Origin: Callorhinchus milii
Taxonomy: Eukaryota
Assembly (NCBI RefSeq): GCF_018977255.1
Contig: NW_024704743.1
Coordinates: 24,058,001-24,122,000 of the forward strand
Direction of reading: 5' to 3'
Length of the DNA stretch: 64,000 nucleotides
A program made the position numbers and the translations under genes. Each line of letters begins with the position of its first letter. The stretch's first letter is position 1. Positions 1 through 13,748 of this stretch are shown here, piece after piece. The notes below the pieces were generated by a model. It was not told the origin of the DNA. It saw nothing but the letters and a program-made list of their open reading frames with translations, and ran no database searches.

Positions 1-429
1 ATTAAGTGGATTAAGTTAAATTCTATACTGTTAAATTAAATCTCATAGTGTTGCAGTGATGACTTGTTTATACCATATGGCACTTTTTGCAATGATTTGA
101 CTCAGTGTTTTGATCCAGTTGACTCAGGAGGATAAGTCAGCCCAAGGTTCCTACTCCTGATCACTCATGAACCTGCTGAAATGTGCACAAGAACAATAAT
201 AGAAGTAAAGGATGTACAGTGGAATCTTATTAAAATGGAGTAGCCAGATCCCAAAAATCACTTCCGGCTGTACAGCTTTGTGTCCAGCAATTCGGTTATT
301 TTAGTGCGATAGTCGGCCAGGGTCCAGAAAGCAAGCCGCTGTACGTATATGCAGAGAATATGGATCCACAGTGCAACTGGGTTATAACTGAATTTACAGC
401 ATAAAGAATCAGGTTTAAAACAGGGCTGT

Positions 430-745
430 ATTGTAACCATGAGGAGAATCGAGAGGTTTGGAGTCTTCCCACTGTAGCAGCGAAGGTTGAGGATGATGTG
501 TTTATATAATGAAAAGGTTTGAGAAAATTTATCGTGAAAAACTGCTGGAAGGGTATTTGAGGACAAGAAGGTATGAATTGTGACTAAGGGAGTAAAAGGA
601 GAGGTTTAGAAGAACCTCTTCATCCAGAGGGTTGTCAGGGAATGGAATGATCTGCTATTGGTGTGCGTCAGAGCAGAGTCGATTTAGGTATTTTAAAGAA
701 TTGGACAAGCAAGTGCAGAAAAATAGTATTTGAGGATATGGGGAA
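430..745 (+). mobile_element. Degenerate CR1 LINE 3' fragment
   Basis: Decayed CR1 ORF2 C-terminus (aacctcttcatccagagggttgtcagggaatggaat, approximately FFTQRVVxxWN) and ggatatggggaaa 3'UTR motif. Confidence 0.6.
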
Positions 746-1474
746 AGAACATTGGGATCCCTGACATCCACCAGAAAATGGAAACGGGAGACCTTGGTTT
801 AATATGTTATCTAAAGGATGCACTTTCACTAAGACGGCACTCTCTCAGGACTTTCCTGGAGTGTCACCCTAGGGCCTAGGCTATGGGGGCTAAAGAGAAC
901 TTATTGGGAAAATGTCAGTGTACTTGGCATCTTGACTTTGTAAAAGGTCATGAGGTTGTAAAAGAAGGAAAGGAGGAAGTAACGGAATAAAAAGAGTTTC
1001 TCCTGCTGGTATCACACGTGCGTCCTGTCCACTATGTGATGTTTTTGCAGGTCAGTGTGATGTACTTGGGGTTTCCTGAAAGAGGTGCTTTTTACGCTGC
1101 TGTTCTCCTGATGAGTGGTGTTAAAACCCCTATCAGCTCAAGTTCTGTTTTGTGCCTTCAAATAATAATCTTCTGACACAGAGCCCTGAGGTGGCTTTCC
1201 AGAATAAGATGCCAAGGAAGCTATTCCTCTGGCCCTGCTAGCAATCTGAGGGCTAATGTACCAGATTTGATTCCATGCAGCAAGTTCTCAGCAAGTTACA
1301 TTAAGAATAATTTACTGGCAAATAAAGACGATGGTACCCGCGCCCTCCGCCCACCCCCCCACTGCTCAGCTCAAGATCATTTTAGACTTTTACATTGTTC
1401 TATGTTCGCCTAAAAATGCAGACTCGCTACACTTTACAATATCCTGTATATTGTATATGACCTTCTCATAATGC

Positions 1475-2152
1475 GAAAGGCCTTCTCTCACCTCCATAAC
1501 ATCGCCCGACTCTGCCACTACCTCACCCCTCAGGCCGCTAAACTCTTGTTCGTGCCTTCATCACCTCCAGGCTCGACTATGCAAACGCTCTGCTTGTCGG
1601 CCTTCCCAACTCCTCCCTCCACAGGCTGCAGATAATCCAGAACTCTGCAGCCCGTGTCCTCTCCCGCAACAAGCTTCGTGACCCCATCTTCCCCACTCTC
1701 GCCCAACTCCATTGGCTCCCTATCCTTCAGAGGATCCAGTTCAAGATCCTAGTTCTCACCTGCAAAGCTCTCCTTGGCCTCGCCCCACTCTACGTCTGTG
1801 ACCTCCTAACTCACTACCAACCCGCCTGTTCCCTCTGCTCAGCCGGCTCTGGCCTGCTCCACGTCCCCCAACCCACCCGCCCCACCATTGGTGAGAAAGC
1901 CTTCAGCCACTCAGCCCCCAACCTCTGGAATTCCATCTCCCAATCACTCCGCCTCGTCCCCTCCTTAGTCTCCTTCAAATCCCGCCTCAAAACCCTCCTC
2001 TTCGACCAGGCCATAGGTCACCCCCCTTCTCCTCCCCTTCCTTCTTCCCCCCATCGACAACAGCTCGGGTCTGAAATGCTGCACACTGTCCAGCGCCTTG
2101 GGACATCCTCCCGACGTGAAAGGCGCTATACAAATGTAATCTTGTTGTTGTT
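1475..2152 (+). mobile_element. L2 LINE, 5'-truncated
   Basis: ORF2 end (ITSRLDYAN...LHWLPILQRIQFKIL...KTLLFD), 3' stem-loop gcgccttgggacatcctcccgacgtgaaaggcgc, (TTG)n tail. Confidence 0.92.
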
Positions 2153-3539
2153 ACCAAATACAAAGCTCATTATTAAGTGACGGACACTATTTTGAGTGCA
2201 AGTTGCTGTTTGTTAATTTGGGGATTTACTATTTATTCCGGATCAGAGAAAATAGCGATACGCTGTTTGTAACTTGTCTCTTTGTTGCAGTTTGGATAGG
2301 TAATAAGAATCTAAGTTAGGCATAGTTACTGTATTCCAGTACTCAGATTGAGGAAGAAACTAACATTTGTACATTGGTGTCCCCTAGTGGGTAGAAACAA
2401 GACCTGCAGCTCCTGGGATGGACTCTGCACGTCAACAAATCTGTTTCTTGATATTTTTCAAATGCTGTTTATAATTTGACTTTAAGCAAAATATAAAATC
2501 ATTGTGCACTTCTGTGGCGTAATAACATTTAAGCATTTCATGGACACCATTTAGCATGTCATTTATTCACGCAGTTTGTTGAAATGAATACTGTAGAGAA
2601 AGCTTGTCTGTCGTTGCTTGAGGTCAAGACAATGTTTGAAGCTGGCTGGGGAGGGGGAGTGATGAGATGAGAAATAAGAAAGCATCTCATGCTGCAAATT
2701 TAAGCGTTCTGAGATGCTGTCCAGTGGTGAAGGACGCAAGTTGCTTTTGTTGTTTCAGCAGTAATGTTGATTTTATTCAGCGAGTAGCACTCCCAGTCAC
2801 ATCCTCAGTCATTTTCAAGTGCTGCACTGCTACTCAAACCAGTGCAAAAAGACTATATTGTTCCTGAAACCTTACATCCATTAATAACAAGTGAAAATAA
2901 GATTTTGTTCTTGTAGTCGCAAGGTTGTGATTTGAGACTTCTCTGCAATATTTGTTTAAGAATTCAGAAATGACACAACATGCTATTTTGCTTCTGATGA
3001 ATTGGTTGAGGTTTAGGATTTGTTTAATCCTAAACTAAATGTTCATCATAACCTCCAGCCAGAAAGTATTTGGACTAAATGACCGTCTGCTTATGTGACT
3101 CGAAAAATATGTTTTCACTCTAGAGTGATTTGAATTATTGGGTAAAAGCTTTAAGCTCTGCAGAAAGTTTCAGTTTAAAAACATTACATATTACATTCAA
3201 CCTCTTAGATCCAAGGGTAAAATAAAATATTCAATCGGTGTACCTGCATGACTTACTACTAAAAGTATGAGTGCACGTACAGAGCAGTGACCTAGAATCA
3301 ACTGTCTAGTTTTGTTTTTACAGTGGTTCCTCTGATAGCTCAGTGAGATTCAACGGGTATCTGCGAAATACAGACTGAATAGTTAGTTGCAGGTTCAAAT
3401 CTCAACTGCACTGTTTGCTAATCTCGGCTGGGACCGGTTGGTACGGTCGCAGGATGTATCGGCTGGATTATAATAATGTTGCCCCTTTAAAAATCAGGAG
3501 GCATTGCCGATAGCATTCCTCCAGTGTTCTTCACATGGA

Positions 3540-3878
3540 TAATAATAACCTTGCACTTGATATATAGCCTTTTCAGGTCATTGAGGAGTCTCAACGTGCT
3601 TCACAGAATATATTGCAAAGTATAATTTGTGGGTGAAACGTGGCAGCCAGTTGCAAACAGCAGTGTCCTACAAACTATTGTTTTAAGGGATTATTACCCA
3701 CAGAAAGTGACTTGCCAATCGACTAACAATAACATCCCGGTTCCTACTTACTGCAAGGTAAACAGAAGTGTGTGGATTAAGGAAACTTGCCTAAGGTTTT
3801 ACCCCACCCGCGAATCAAACTTGGGTCATCTCCCTTTTGAGACAAACGTGCTAACCATTATGCTACTGTATTCCAGTA
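3540..3878 (-). mobile_element. tRNA-derived Deu-domain SINE, degenerate
   Basis: Reverse complement of the SINE family best seen at 51957-52273; (ATT)n tail at the left, tRNA head at the right. Confidence 0.8.
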
Positions 3879-5323
3879 TGGAATTAGTTCCGCACAAATC
3901 TTGACATCCAAACTGAGACTGAATTAAAAGATTTTGCAAAAAAAAAAATCTGCACGGTCTTTCCTTTTAAGGAAAATAGTCTTCAGGCTCGTAGAGATCG
4001 TAAAGAATTTCACCCCTTGGGAATCTTGTTCCAGGAACCAGAGTTGGTCCTTTTTTTAAAATCTGGATCAGCCTGGTTGGTTTTACCTGGCCTTTGCCCG
4101 AATCCAGGTATTTCGAGCAGGAGTAAAACTGCAGCTTTCTGAAAAAAAAATGCATTATCGATTATTAAATATTAATGCGATGTTTTTTCATTGGCATTGA
4201 AGAATTTCAGGAAAGTATAGATCGGAAATTAAACTGACGGCATTGCAGCATTTCAAATCACAGCACATTAGACAGTGGCCATCCCTGAAGTGCTGGTGAT
4301 TGATAACTATCTTCCTCTGCTGTCCTTTCAGCTGACCTATTCCTCCATCTGGGACAATGTAATTTCAGACACTGCTCATTCCCAGTACTTTATTGGGATT
4401 TTTTGGGGGTGCACCTGCAGGTATGTCGTCTCCTCAGCTATCGTTTCATCCTTAACCATCTTTAGCGGAGATGGTTGTCTAATGACTGAGCTCCCAAATC
4501 CCCCCCATTAATCCTGCAGTATTCCCTGGGAGCAGCGATGTTGACAGAACATTATGTGCAGAATAAACAGCTGTTCAAGCTTTAACTTCCTCATGCATAT
4601 TGAAGAAGCTGAGCAGTGTGCTCCCAGTGTGTTTTAAATGAAATGTAACCACATCAACAAAAGACAGCAAATAGCCAATAAAAATAAACTCAATTTACGT
4701 AAGCAGATTCTGCATGCACATCTCATCCGCACCTGTCAAAGCTAATAACAGTTAAGAGTTTTCTGTTTGGTCCGACAAAGGCAGGATGAATATAAAGCGA
4801 AGCCAAAGACAAAAATGTCACCGCTGAACAAATGGCCGTGCAGCTTTTCTGTATTTCATTAATGATCACCAGTGAGTGGGCCCAGGTCAGCCAAGGACCA
4901 CAGAGCAGCTGGCTCGACTGGGGGTGCAGTAATCCTACGTGACAGGAGGTTGTTTCTCCATAGCTCGACTGTTAATGTGCTCCATGAACCTCCACTTTAC
5001 AGCTCTATCACCCATTCAGTTCAGCTGCTCACAATAAGCTACGCACTTGTTCACTTGTTGCATATGCTCTCCCCTGCTTTGCACAAATCTAAGCAAGCAG
5101 CTGGGTTTAACAATAATAATATGGAAAAGTGTTGGTTTATTCTCAGTTTGCACTGATTCATGGTACAATTGTTCAGGTTGCAGAGTGTGTTGACTGTTGA
5201 CCCTCTGCTCTGAGAGAAACTTCGGGGGAAAACGACCTAAAATTAATTTTTTAAATTCTTTGATAGTTACAGGATATTAAAACAATAAAGTCTTCCGGCA
5301 TGCTTTGATGACTTGCATTGTTT

Positions 5324-5900
5324 ACAACAACAACAAAATTACATTTGTAAAGCGCCTTTCACGTCGGGAGGACATCCCAAGGCCCTTGACAGACAGAGTT
5401 ACGGACCCGAGCTTGGTGTCAGGGTGGGGGAGGGTGGAGGGCAGTGGTGGGGGGGGAAGGAGGGAGATCGAAACCACGGTCGATGAGGAGGGTCTTGAAG
5501 GTGGCGAGGAAGAAGGCGAGACAGAGGGACTGTGGAATGGAGTTCCAGAGGGCGGGGGCAGAGTAGCGGATGGCCCCCCTGCCGATAGTGGGGCGAGCGA
5601 GGTGAGGGACGTGAAACAGGCTGGAGCCCTCTGAGCGGAGGAAGCGAACAGGGTGGTAGGAGGTCGGAGAGGTAGGGGGGAGCAAGGCCATGGAGGGTTT
5701 TGAAGGTGAGGACCAGGATTTTGAACTGTATACTGTGTGATGGGAAGCCAGTGGAGTCAGGCGATGATGGAGGTGTTAGGGTCACGGAGCCTTGTGCGGG
5801 CTGCAGAGTTCTGGATGATCTACAGCCTGTGGAGGGAGGAGTTGGGGAGGCCGACAAGCAATGAGTTTGCATATTCGAGCCTCAATGTAATGAAGGCAAG
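5324..5900 (-). mobile_element. L2 LINE, 5'-truncated
   Basis: (CAA)n tail, stem-loop, ORF2 remnant IQFKILVLTFKTLHGLAPPYLSDLL. Confidence 0.9.
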
Positions 5901-8021
5901 GAACTAGTAGTGGAAACAGTTGTGGAGTAGGTTGATGTATTACGTGGATCACTGACCAGGAGGTATCCAATTTACTGTGTTACTGAACAGTACAGACCAG
6001 GAAGATCTCAAGTTCAGTCCGTAAACTACTCAATTTGGACATCTTCGGATAAGACCACTGGGTGTTGTGCTGGCAATTCAGGGAGGATGGAGATGCTGCT
6101 GATCAGGAAGGTCGTTAATTAACTAAGTGTTGTAATGACAGTTGTGGAATAGGTTGATGTATTACACGGATCACGGATCAGGAGGTACCCAAATGACCGT
6201 GGAGCTACTAGAAAGATAATACTTACTAGATTGATCAAAATTGCCGTTTATGTATTTTATTTCAAAATATTTGTTGAACCACAGTGAAATGTATTGCAGA
6301 CTGTGCAACTCGTGTCTGCTGATAGCGCAAGCAGTGGGTGGTCATAGCTGGACAAATGATGGGAAAGCTTGCCAGACAGCACTCTCAATGACAAGCTATG
6401 CGGCTTTAAAGCTGGTTAGACACCCTGGAGTCCCCAAGCCTTGGCTCTTGCTAACCTACGCCTAATACTTTCCGGAATTAGGCAAGCAGGATGCTTCCCT
6501 CCAGGGAGAGAGAGTGCATTCTATTCCGACAATCTGTCTCTAGATATTTCCATGTGTAGGCGGGATACGTGCAAATCTCAGTTTGGTTTGGAAACTATGG
6601 TGATAGGTTTCCACAAGTGTCAGACACCCGTCTGATCAAAAAAAAAATCAGTGACACGGGAACCAGGTGTCTTTCTGTGCTTTACCTGTGGCCATTCTTC
6701 ATGTGTGGGCCCTGAAGGTGGGTGTCAGGGGTCAATTGGACTGTGTGTGGCATCAGAGCTAAGCCCTTCTGTGATCACTCGATCAGTAGCAGGAATCCAG
6801 CTTCCTTTACGGTAGTCAGAAAGATTTAATAAAGATTATTACTCAACTAATCTGCTTTAGAAAACCACTGTGAAAGGCCAAACAATGCTCCATTTCCCAG
6901 TCTCAAACTTGGGACACTCCAATTAAGTGCCTGAGCGATGCTCGCATTTCTGAAAATATACCTTTAGGAGAGGAAGGGCTGAAACTCCCGAGAGATTGTG
7001 AGGAGGACAGTGAGAAAGAATCGTGTCCGATAGTGTCTGACTGCGCACTGGTCCTACACTGCCCCTGGGTGGATACATTTATAAATTGCATCGGAATGTG
7101 TTTTGTGTTTCAATGCGAGTCATTTGACTCCCGATCAACTATCCAACCAGCAGCTCTTAGATAGTATAGCGGCTAATCTTTGAAGCAAAAATGGTGGTTA
7201 GAATGTGGAGGGAAGGGGAACGTCTATCTTCGAGGTTAGCTTTCGAGCCCACGTTTCCTGTGCTTACATATTTACATTTTGTTGTACAATTTCTATTGAA
7301 ACCAAGTCAGTCCACTGTGGAAGTCTCGATAGCCTGTTTCGTCAGCCACGGGGTTTGCAGTTGCAATTGTACCATTCTAGGGTACCAGGACTTGGAGCAG
7401 GAGACCAGTCACTGGAGCGGAGACTCTGTTCCCGATGACCCTGAAAGCCAAAGTCCTAGCTGGAAAGACACCAGGAAGCTTGCCAGATGCTTTGCAATGA
7501 CGAGCTGCATGGTTTTAGCAGGTTAAACTCCAGGAGCCCCACACATACTCTGGGGCTTCCAAACCTTGGCTTTTGTGACTAAACTCTCCAGAATTTGGTG
7601 AAGAGGGTGCATTTCTCCTGTGAGAGAGTGTAGCTTTGTTTCCAACGAGCAGAATCCTTAGCATATGTAGAGTTCTCAGTGTTAGGCTCATTCGTACACC
7701 CACTGGTGTACCATTCCATGGGTTCCAGGTATCCTCTGATACCCTGCTTAAGTGGCCATTCTTCACGCGTGAGCCTTTGACAGTGAGTGCCCCTCCCTTC
7801 AGCCGAGGAGTCCCTGAGAACTCATGCACAGTTCCCCAACTGCTCCCAGTATGAAATCAGCACAGTTCAGTGTTCTCATCTACTCTGTCACAGTCTGTCC
7901 CACTCAGTGGTACAGGGCCAAACAACTTCTGATTTTTAATCCACTTGGTCTTCCCCACCCTATTCCCCTGTTGCTTTTTTGCCATTTTATTTTTGCCATT
8001 TCAATCTCAACATGTTGCTGC

Positions 8022-8140
8022 TTTTCTGTCTGTCTGTCTGTCATTATTTCCTTCTTTCTATCGTCTTTCTGTCTGCCTTTCCTTCTTTCCTTCCTCCTTT
8101 TTTCTTTCTTACCTGCTTTCCTTCCTTCCTTCTCTCTCAC
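8022..8140. repeat. Pyrimidine-rich simple repeat (CTGT/CTTT/CCTT)
   Basis: Visible low-complexity tract; it explains the Phe/Leu/Ser-rich ORFs here. Confidence 0.85.
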
Positions 8141-11100
8141 TCACTGTTTGCTCACTCCTGCCTTGTTACATCTTCTCAGTGTCTTCTCTATTTTGCTATG
8201 CAGATGTTCCTCAAGTCCCATTATGCACCAAATATTGCATATCTGAATTACGCAGCAGTACACTACATATCAACTGCTATTCCCTTGTAACTAAAAGCAG
8301 GCAAGTGCTGATAGACTAAACTCACAGTGTTGTTGTGATCATTAACCAAGCAGCGAATGTGTAATTGTGCATCAACTACATGTGGCGCCTTGGTCATTAT
8401 CACCAACCAAGAGCAGAATAAACTGCCTACCCACTGCATCGTGTATACATGAAACTGATCTGTGAGAGATATGCCTTCATCATATGCATCTTAACATTGC
8501 TAGGTTGTTAAATTTAAGACACTGCTTGCTTTCAAGAAAAGGTATGCATTAGTTACCTAATGTGTCAGAATTGCCACCTTATCAGACCTGACTAAAATTG
8601 CAGTGCTTCCAAGCATCCACCTCTATTCCTAGCATTTCTAATTTAGCTTCTGTGCCTCAAATATCCTGCTTCTCCTCAAATCTCTGACGAATGGAATTCC
8701 AGTCAGACAGGGACATTTCCACGTATAGGTGGTGTATGTGAAACTCTCTGGTTTGGATATCCTTAATCCTGGTGATCGATTTCTGCATGTGTTAGACATC
8801 TGATTGACTGAAAAAAATGGAATCCATTCCATTTTCATTTCAACAGCAGCTCCGCAACACTTGGTAAACAACACAGGAATTGTGACCGGTTTGTCAACTT
8901 TGTAACGTGGTGGAAACAAACTAATAGGCACATCTTTTCACATTTGTTGAAATGCACAGTTGTTCAGAAGTATTGAGGTTATTCCAGTGTGAGTCAATCC
9001 CATTTTCAATCCTATAATTTAATCCTCATTACCTTGCTCAAATCTGTCAGATTGAACCAAAATTAACTGTTTGCTAATGGAGATTAAATTGCTTTTTGTG
9101 TAATATATATTGGCAGTTTGACATAAGACAGATCATTCACACAGCAACATTTTTTTAATGTAAAACTTTTATGTTAGATTGAGATGCAGAAGTGATGAAA
9201 TGCATCAAGATAGAACTTGCATGACGTTTTCAGTGTAATTTTTTTCTGATTGTGATCTTAATGTAAAAGCTTCTCTTTTGTTGAAAACAAAAATGAGGAT
9301 TTCGATAAATTGTGTGATGCATGGCAACACAGCGTTAAGTATGCAGAGCAGCACTCACAACAAAAGTCTGTTGATGTTCACCTTTGAAATAAAAGACAAA
9401 TAGAATTATGAATGTTTTGTTAAACAATAATCCTTGCGCAGTTTTACCTTGAGGATAAGTGGCCAAGAAACGAGGTAACTTCCTTCTCTTTTCGAATTAG
9501 AAACATAGAAACAGGGGTAAGCTATTGAGCCCCTCGAGCCTGTCCTGCCATTCTCTCACCTCATGGCTGATCCTCAAGTCCAGTTACCTGCCCTTGGCCC
9601 TATATCCCTTAATATCCTGATTAATTGTGCCAGTCCGATCTGTAACATCCACTTGAACAGGCAGACGGGACTTCATTTTGCATCTCATCTGAAAGACCAC
9701 ACCTCCTGTAATGCAGCACACCCCCGACATTGAATTGGAGAATCAGCCCTAGTCAATCAGCTCAAATTCCTGAAGTCAAATTGAATGGTACACTTTATGA
9801 CACATGTAGTTTATCTCAAGAATTGGGACTAATGACACCCACATGGCCTCATTTATTGGAAATGGAAACCCAGAACAGCTGAATCTGGGCTGAATGAGTC
9901 TGCACGTAATCTATGCAGAGCTCATGCATGTACTGTTTTTCTGTGTATTACAATCAGACATTTCTAACTCAATTGCTTGTAGGTTGCAGGAAGTGGGCAA
10001 AGTATTTTAAAATATTTAAAAAGAGCAATTGATATAAATCGGGCAGACAGGGACTCTGATATTGAGATTTCCCTCGCACATGAATACAGCAGTCAATTTG
10101 CGCACAGCAATGTCCCACAAACAGCATTGGAGTGTCACCCCTTTGACTATATGATTCCAAGTCCAGATGTGTTGCCTGAACCCACAACCTCTACAATGCA
10201 GTGCTGTGGATGTGCTGCATAGCCAGAGGTGCCATCCTTCAGATGGGTCGTTAAACCAAGGTCCCATTGCACGCTATGGCACTATTCAAAAACATAGTCA
10301 CTCCATTTCACAGTAAAGCACTTTGAGATGTCTTGTCGAGTTGATAAGGCGCTAAACCAAATGCAAGGATTATTATTGGATTGCATACAGATCTCTGTTA
10401 TTAAATGTTAAGGGAGAAAGAGAGACTGAATGTATACAATCCTGAATTTGCAAAGATACCTCTCAGAAGAAAAACAACTCGCACTTATATAGCGCCCTTC
10501 ACATAGGATAATGTCTCGGAATGCCTCACAGTGGTGAGCTAGGACTTCTAGCAGGAAGGTGGGGTGGGGGGATAAGTGACCAAAAGCATGGTCAAAGAGT
10601 AATAATAATAATAATAATAATAATCCTTGCATTTGATATAGCGCTTTTCACGTCGGGAGGACGTCCCAGGTTTTCAGGTGAGATTTAAAGATAGAAAAAG
10701 AGTGGGTGAGTTGAATGCATTGAGGCAGGGAGTTCCAGAGATTAGCGCTGTAGTGACTGAAGGTTCAGGGACGTGCAGCAGGCTTGCGTTAGCTGAGCAA
10801 AGGGAATAGGCTAATAAGGAGTGTGCTATGGGCAGGTCAGAGGAGTTGATATGATACGGAGCCAGTGGTGCCTGGCAAGGATTGGGCTGATAGGAATGCA
10901 GAGTTTGGTTAAAGGATCTGAATCATTGATGGTTGAAATGTAGGACAGATATATTGTTAGTACGGACTGCGGTTCCTGACTGTAATAGTACTAATGGTTT
11001 TGAGATTGATAATCTGATGTGAACGTTGCGTAAGTCCATCTGTTACCTGCTCTGTTCTCTGAGTTATAATAATCCCTGGCCTTTCGTGTTGCGAGGGCAT

Positions 11101-11261
11101 CTCAAAGCGCTTCACAAGATTTACTGTAAAGTGTAGTGATTGTGTAATTTGTAATGATCTCCTGTGTACAACCAATAAATGAGCGCACTTTCAATATGAA
11201 TCATCAAATTTGGGAAGAAACGTTTCTCATTATGTGTTTATTTTTCTTCTTTCTTTTACAG

Positions 11262-11307
11262 CCCTAAGCAGTCACTTCGAGTCGTTATCTCAGGTGCTAT
11301 AACAAGG
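11262..11307 (+). CDS. DAP: Death-associated protein 1, penultimate coding exon (46 nt)
   Basis: Polypyrimidine tract ending ttttacAG, then exon, then donor GTAAGT. After one phase-completing base it reads PKQSLRVVISGAITR, matching the DAP segment (PKPTVFISGVIAR in mammals). Splices in phase 0 to 13261. Confidence 0.88.
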
Positions 11308-12679
11308 GTAAGTTTGTTTATTTCAGCTTCTGTCTGAAGATGAAGATCTCTTCATTTTATATTGGTTCTGGCAGGGTTGCTTTCTGCATTTTGGTTTCAA
11401 ATTTTATTTATTTTCTAGGTTACGTAGTTCAAGTTTTCTGAAGGACAGGAAAGCTTGTTCTATCATAGAATTGTACAGCACAGAAGGAGGCCATTTGGCC
11501 CATCGTGTCTGTGCCAGCTCTATTAAAAGAGCTATCCAAATCAATCCCACTCCCCCGCGCTCTCCCCATAGCTCTGTCCTCCCCAAATAATTATCTACTT
11601 CTCTAAATCTCTAATCATTGGTAACAGAATGGAGGAGGGGACACATATAAATAAGAGTACTCCATTATCGGCAATAGTTGGTTTATAAAATTCCAACTTG
11701 CCTTACAACAAGGCACAATCTAAAACAGTGCCCTGTCAGCACACTGTTTGTGTACTGCGCAGGAAGTCAACCCGCTTCTGGGTTGTGGGGTGAATGCCGA
11801 CGTCACATCCTGAACGAGAATTTTTTGCACGTTTAAAAAAAAAAAAAAAATGGCCAATTTCTAGGTAATCAGGTCATCACGATTGTCACTTTCTATGTTG
11901 GTCTGTGTGTCAAAACCAATCACAGACCATCCACTTGATAAGCAAATGAGCATTATAAATGGGCCCCCTAATAATGAGGTTCTATTGAGTTAAGACCCAC
12001 TGTAATGCAGTCGCTGGGGCCCATAATATCCCAACCCATCTTGTAACAGGTCACTTTGGTGACCGGAAATTAGCCATTTCTTAGTGGTGCTGGAAGCTGC
12101 CCCGCGGATCCACCCACGTTATAGTGGACATCTGCGTTATAATGGAGTGGGTTGTAATGAGGTTCTACTGTATCATCCGTGTGTACTGAATCAGCAGCTT
12201 TAGAAAAAAATGAATTCCTCATATGAGATGTTTTGGTATTTTAAAAAGAGGAATTTGGGGAATAAATCCTCTTCAGGAAAATGACTGCACATGTACACGG
12301 GCACAAGTTTTTTTAAATCTATGTAAGAGTTTAGGATTTGCAATTTTATCTTCCATTTAGAGAGAGTTACTGACCCGTGTGTACTGTTATTGCCTGTACT
12401 GTTGCACAGTGCTGTAGGGCGTAAGGATGGACAGATCGTTAGGTGTTTAATCAGGTTCTACCTTTTCCAATACTGTGTACTACTGATTATTGCCACTAGA
12501 GGTTGTCCATGAAGCACAGAAGTAAAGAAACTCTTTTCTAAATGAACAGTTTTTTGTAGTGATGTCACACACACGTCTGTGTAGAACTGATGGTGTTAAC
12601 TCCTGCTTTTAGTGCATTGTAATACAAAGTAATTCTGTGCATTTCTTTACAATAAATACCAGTTTGGTTCGGTTAGTTT

Positions 12680-13030
12680 ACTAAGGTTGTGGGTTCAAGC
12701 TTCCCCCATATAGGAACCATAGTCTAGGCCAGTGGTGGGCAATCTGTGGGCCATCAAGAAGTGCACAAATTTAAGTAAGTCTGTGTTTGATTTATGGCAT
12801 AAATCAAGAAATATTCCTGGTCTAGGCCCTAGACTAGGGAAACACCAGTACAGTCCTGGGCAAAGTGCTTTATTGTCAGAAGCGCTGTCCTTTACATGAA
12901 GCGTTAAAGCAATGTCCTGGATTTTCTACTGGTGTCCTGACCAACAATCCTCCTAATTAATTAGTCACTCACCCCAGGGTTGTTCCTGGAATCTTGCAGG
13001 TACAAATGGCTGCTTAGAATTTGCCTAAGA
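12680..13030 (+). mobile_element. Older Deu-type SINE (SacSINE1-like), interrupted by a hAT-like insert
   Basis: aggttgtgggttcaagc head, tgtcagaagcgctgtcctt core, ggtgtcctgaccaaca and aaatggctgc motifs shared with 27880-28290. Confidence 0.6.
12730..12819. mobile_element. 90-bp hAT (Charlie-like) non-autonomous element remnant
   Basis: 8-bp direct repeat GTCTAGGC at 12722-12729 and 12820-12827; ends CAGTGGTGGGCAA...CCTG. Confidence 0.6.
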
Positions 13031-13260
13031 AAATAGTTACTTAACATAAATTAATTATGTAGTATTTCAGAGATTCAACATAAAACTACAAATGCACACA
13101 ATTGCCCTGTATTTTCCATCCAAAACACACTTCAAAATGTAAATTCCCTCTTAAGTAAGGCACTTTTCAACTCTGTGCGCCGTCAGAATTTAGGTTTCTG
13201 CAAAATTGGTTGTTTGTAAATTATTGGAAGTTCTTGGAATAATTATTGCACCATCTACAG

Positions 13261-13380
13261 GGTGATAAGGACTTCCCTCCAGCTGCAGCCCAGGTCGCCC
13301 ACCAGAAGCCTCAACCAGGAGTGGAGAAGCTGCCTCCTGCACATTGCATTAATCAGACCATCCATCAGCCTCGCAAGTGA
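13261..13380 (+). CDS. DAP: Death-associated protein 1, terminal coding exon
   Basis: Acceptor ctacAG at 13255-13260. Translates GDKDFPPAAAQVAHQKPQPGVEKLPPAHCINQTIHQPRK*; GDKDFPPAAAQVAHQKP and the terminal QPRK are DAP hallmarks. Tail-to-tail with ANKRD33B as in human. Confidence 0.95.
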   Translation, partial: GDKDFPPAAAQVAHQKPQPGVEKLPPAHCINQTIHQPRK

Positions 13381-13742
13381 AGTGAACCTCCTGTTCACAC
13401 TACCGACCGACAAAAATTCTGGGATGAAGTATTAAACCAATTATGTTGGATTCAAATGTACCAGACAGGCACAAGAGTTTTTAAAAACTCACCTATGGCT
13501 TTAAATTTTGTAATCCTTGTTCAGATAAGTTTGGCGAATTATGACTTTGTGAACATTTTTTAATTAAAGCTTGGACACTTTTTTAGAAAACAAATTCAGA
13601 AATATTGAAGACATTCTGTCTGCGTGTTACCCAACTCGCATTATACCCAATGTTGACAATATTGTCAGGCACAAATGTGCTTAGTACTGTGTTATACATT
13701 GTACTGTTTTAATCATTCTCGTGTGGGAGAATATCAGTGTAA

Positions 13743-13748
13743 AATAAA
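13743..13748 (+). promoter_or_regulatory. Candidate DAP polyadenylation signal
   Basis: First AATAAA noticed after the stop, about 360 nt into an AT-rich, TE-free 3'UTR, with T/GT-rich sequence downstream. Confidence 0.5.

Noticed and set aside
3011..3035. 10-bp inverted repeat GTTTAGGATT/AATCCTAAAC
   Set aside because: Short and AT-rich; plausible by chance in 64 kb.
7824..8319. Hydrophobic 100-140-aa ORFs resembling membrane proteins
   Set aside because: They are translations of a CT-rich microsatellite.
11960..12172. Tigger/pogo-like terminus (...gttgtaatgaggttctactgTA)
   Set aside because: No matching inverted left end was found; too weak to call.
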